64,000 bases of DNA from Clostridia bacterium (GTDB taxonomy: Bacteria; Bacillota; Clostridia; Christensenellales; CAG-314). The notes below the pieces were generated by a model. That model was not told where the DNA came from, searched no databases, and was given only the letters and a program-made list of their open reading frames with translations. Each line of letters begins with the position of its first letter. Positions within the stretch are counted from its first letter, which is position 1. The DNA is taken from the NCBI GenBank assembly GCA_017500855.1, contig JAFVYC010000003.1, positions 2,144-66,143 of the forward strand, given 5' to 3'. A program made the translations under genes and the position numbers. Of the stretch, positions 63,197-64,000 are shown one piece after another.

Positions 63197-63622
63197 TCAC
63201 TGGAAATAAGCGACAATTAAGCAAAGGACTGGTATGTTGAATGTTAACGCTCCAATTATGTACAAAACCCTGCTTTCATCTATTTGAAATACAAGTTTTG
63301 CAACAAGCATTACTAAAAAAGTAACGAGAAAGGGAACATAAAAAGTCTTGTTAGCTTGTGCTGTATCTAGATACCCCCTATCTCCAGCTGTTGCCAAAAG
63401 AATGCATATTATTCCGCCAATAAATGGAATTAGCAGAAGCCATCTTGATTTGTATATGTTTTGTTTTGCTTTTACTACAGCATTTTGTCGAGCAATTTCA
63501 ATTTCCTCGGGACTGACTATTTTTCTGTTGCATTGTATTTGCGCTTCTATAACCTTTGCTTGTTCTTCACACGAAAAGTGCTTGTCGCAATGTGGGCAAT
63601 AGTATTCCTTGCCAATAACCAA
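63197..63622 (-). CDS. orphan zinc-ribbon plus 3-TM protein; the reading frame continues upstream to ATG 63766 through one in-frame TAG (63745-63743)
   Basis: The track ORF starts at TTG 63622. The same frame upstream reads MVYFKKR*CRYCGNVLQRKRTERIVREGDADHEEYCSIGRSYHFYGDI-LVIGKEYYCPHCDKHF..., i.e. a second CxxC pair lies upstream of the annotated start. Confidence 0.55.
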   Translation of the reverse strand: MVIGKEYYCPHCDKHFSCEEQAKVIEAQIQCNRKIVSPEEIEIARQNAVVKAKQNIYKSRWLLLIPFIGGIICILLATAGDRGYLDTAQANKTFYVPFLVTFLVMLVAKLVFQIDESRVLYIIGALTFNIPVLCLIVAYFQ

Positions 63623-63919
63623 AATATCTCCATAAAAATGGTACGATCTGCCAATACTACAATATTCTTCGTGGTCAGCATCGCCTTCTCTAACAATGCG
63701 CTCCGTGCGTTTTCTTTGTAAAACATTTCCACAATAACGGCACTATCTCTTTTTGAAATACACCATCAAGTCGTTATTCTCATAAACTTTATGTATTAAA
63801 CCACTCTCAGTTGGAAATATCTTCTATAATTTGACCGAAATCAATTGAAACTTCAATGCCTGGCAAAGCGAGAGCCTTGCTGTTTTGACATTGTTTTGAT
63901 TGCCAAATTTCTTTTAATA

Positions 63920-63948
63920 ATAATATCACTATGTTAATGTTTTGTCAA
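63920..63948 (-). promoter_or_regulatory. sigma-A-type promoter of the islet-2 operon
   Basis: Minus strand reads TTGACA (63948-63943), 17 nt, TATTAT (63925-63920), ~150 nt upstream of ATG 63766. Confidence 0.5.
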
Positions 63949-64000
63949 GAGCAGAAGTATTTGTTGCAAGTTTTGCTGATTAGTTATGAAGCCAAAGAGA

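Noticed and set aside
63853-63891. Mini-ORF MSKQQGSRFARH in the leader of the islet-2 operon.
   Set aside because: No SD-like sequence precedes the ATG, and the composition is unremarkable. It is probably fortuitous.
1-64000. tRNA, rRNA, tmRNA, RNase P, SRP RNA, transposase, integrase, cas and restriction-modification genes.
   Set aside because: I looked for T-arm GGTTCGAATCC-like strings, rRNA-like conserved blocks and the characteristic protein motifs on both strands and found none. A covariance-model scan was not possible, so small RNAs could have been missed.

Overview
This 64-kb chromosomal segment reads like a Gram-positive (Bacillota/Clostridia-like) genome. It has strong AGGAGG-type SD sites, near-consensus sigma-A promoters, lipobox lipoproteins and tilS-hpt synteny. 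All calls come from reading the sequence and the ORF track; no homology search, folding or statistics were run, and domain names rest on motifs I recognise. I call about 52 protein genes and found no rRNA, tRNA, CRISPR, transposase or integrase.

Gene content by region:
- 1.2-4.7 kb: a lipoprotein and a membrane-anchored endonuclease-I-type nuclease.
- 5.0-5.9 kb: an aldo/keto reductase interrupted by an in-frame TAG.
- 6.2-23 kb: a beta-glucan-type degradation locus. It holds GH5, an 837-aa lipoprotein, two paralogous GH3 enzymes, GH16, a divergent pair of Big_2/GLUG surface proteins, and a 47-aa nine-Cys protein.
- 23.7-28.4 kb: a DUF1295-type membrane protein, an Asp23-like protein, GH2 and tadA.
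- 28.4-32.9 kb: a Trp/Tyr-family ABC importer, nagA and rpmE.
- 33-34.5 kb: an XRE regulator flanked by small proteins.
- 34.8-43.5 kb: CotH, a PHP phosphatase, an M14 peptidase, hpt, tilS, rsmA, a DnaQ-like exonuclease and an FNT channel.
- 45.6-58 kb: a fused MacB-like ABC transporter, a hydrolase, ung, galM, galE, rsmG, mnmG and mnmE.
- 58.3-61.5 kb: parA, parB, a CvpA-like protein and an APH-like kinase.
- 43.6-45.5 kb and 61.7-64 kb: two visibly AT-richer islets that encode only small orphan membrane or acidic proteins.

Most notable observations:
1. A promoter, a 19-codon Tyr/Phe-rich leader ORF and an intrinsic terminator precede the aromatic-amino-acid-family ABC importer. This is a candidate ribosome-mediated attenuator.
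2. TAG is the stop codon of 34 of the 50 genes whose ends lie in the window.
3. Core genes almost completely avoid TTA, CTA and TCA codons, so nearly every large gene has a full-length codon-aligned antisense ORF.
4. Two otherwise intact genes carry an in-frame TAG.
5. A high-copy GC-hairpin repeat (CCCACC-ACGG-GGTGGG) occupies most intergenic regions, sometimes in arrays, alongside at least two other repeat families.
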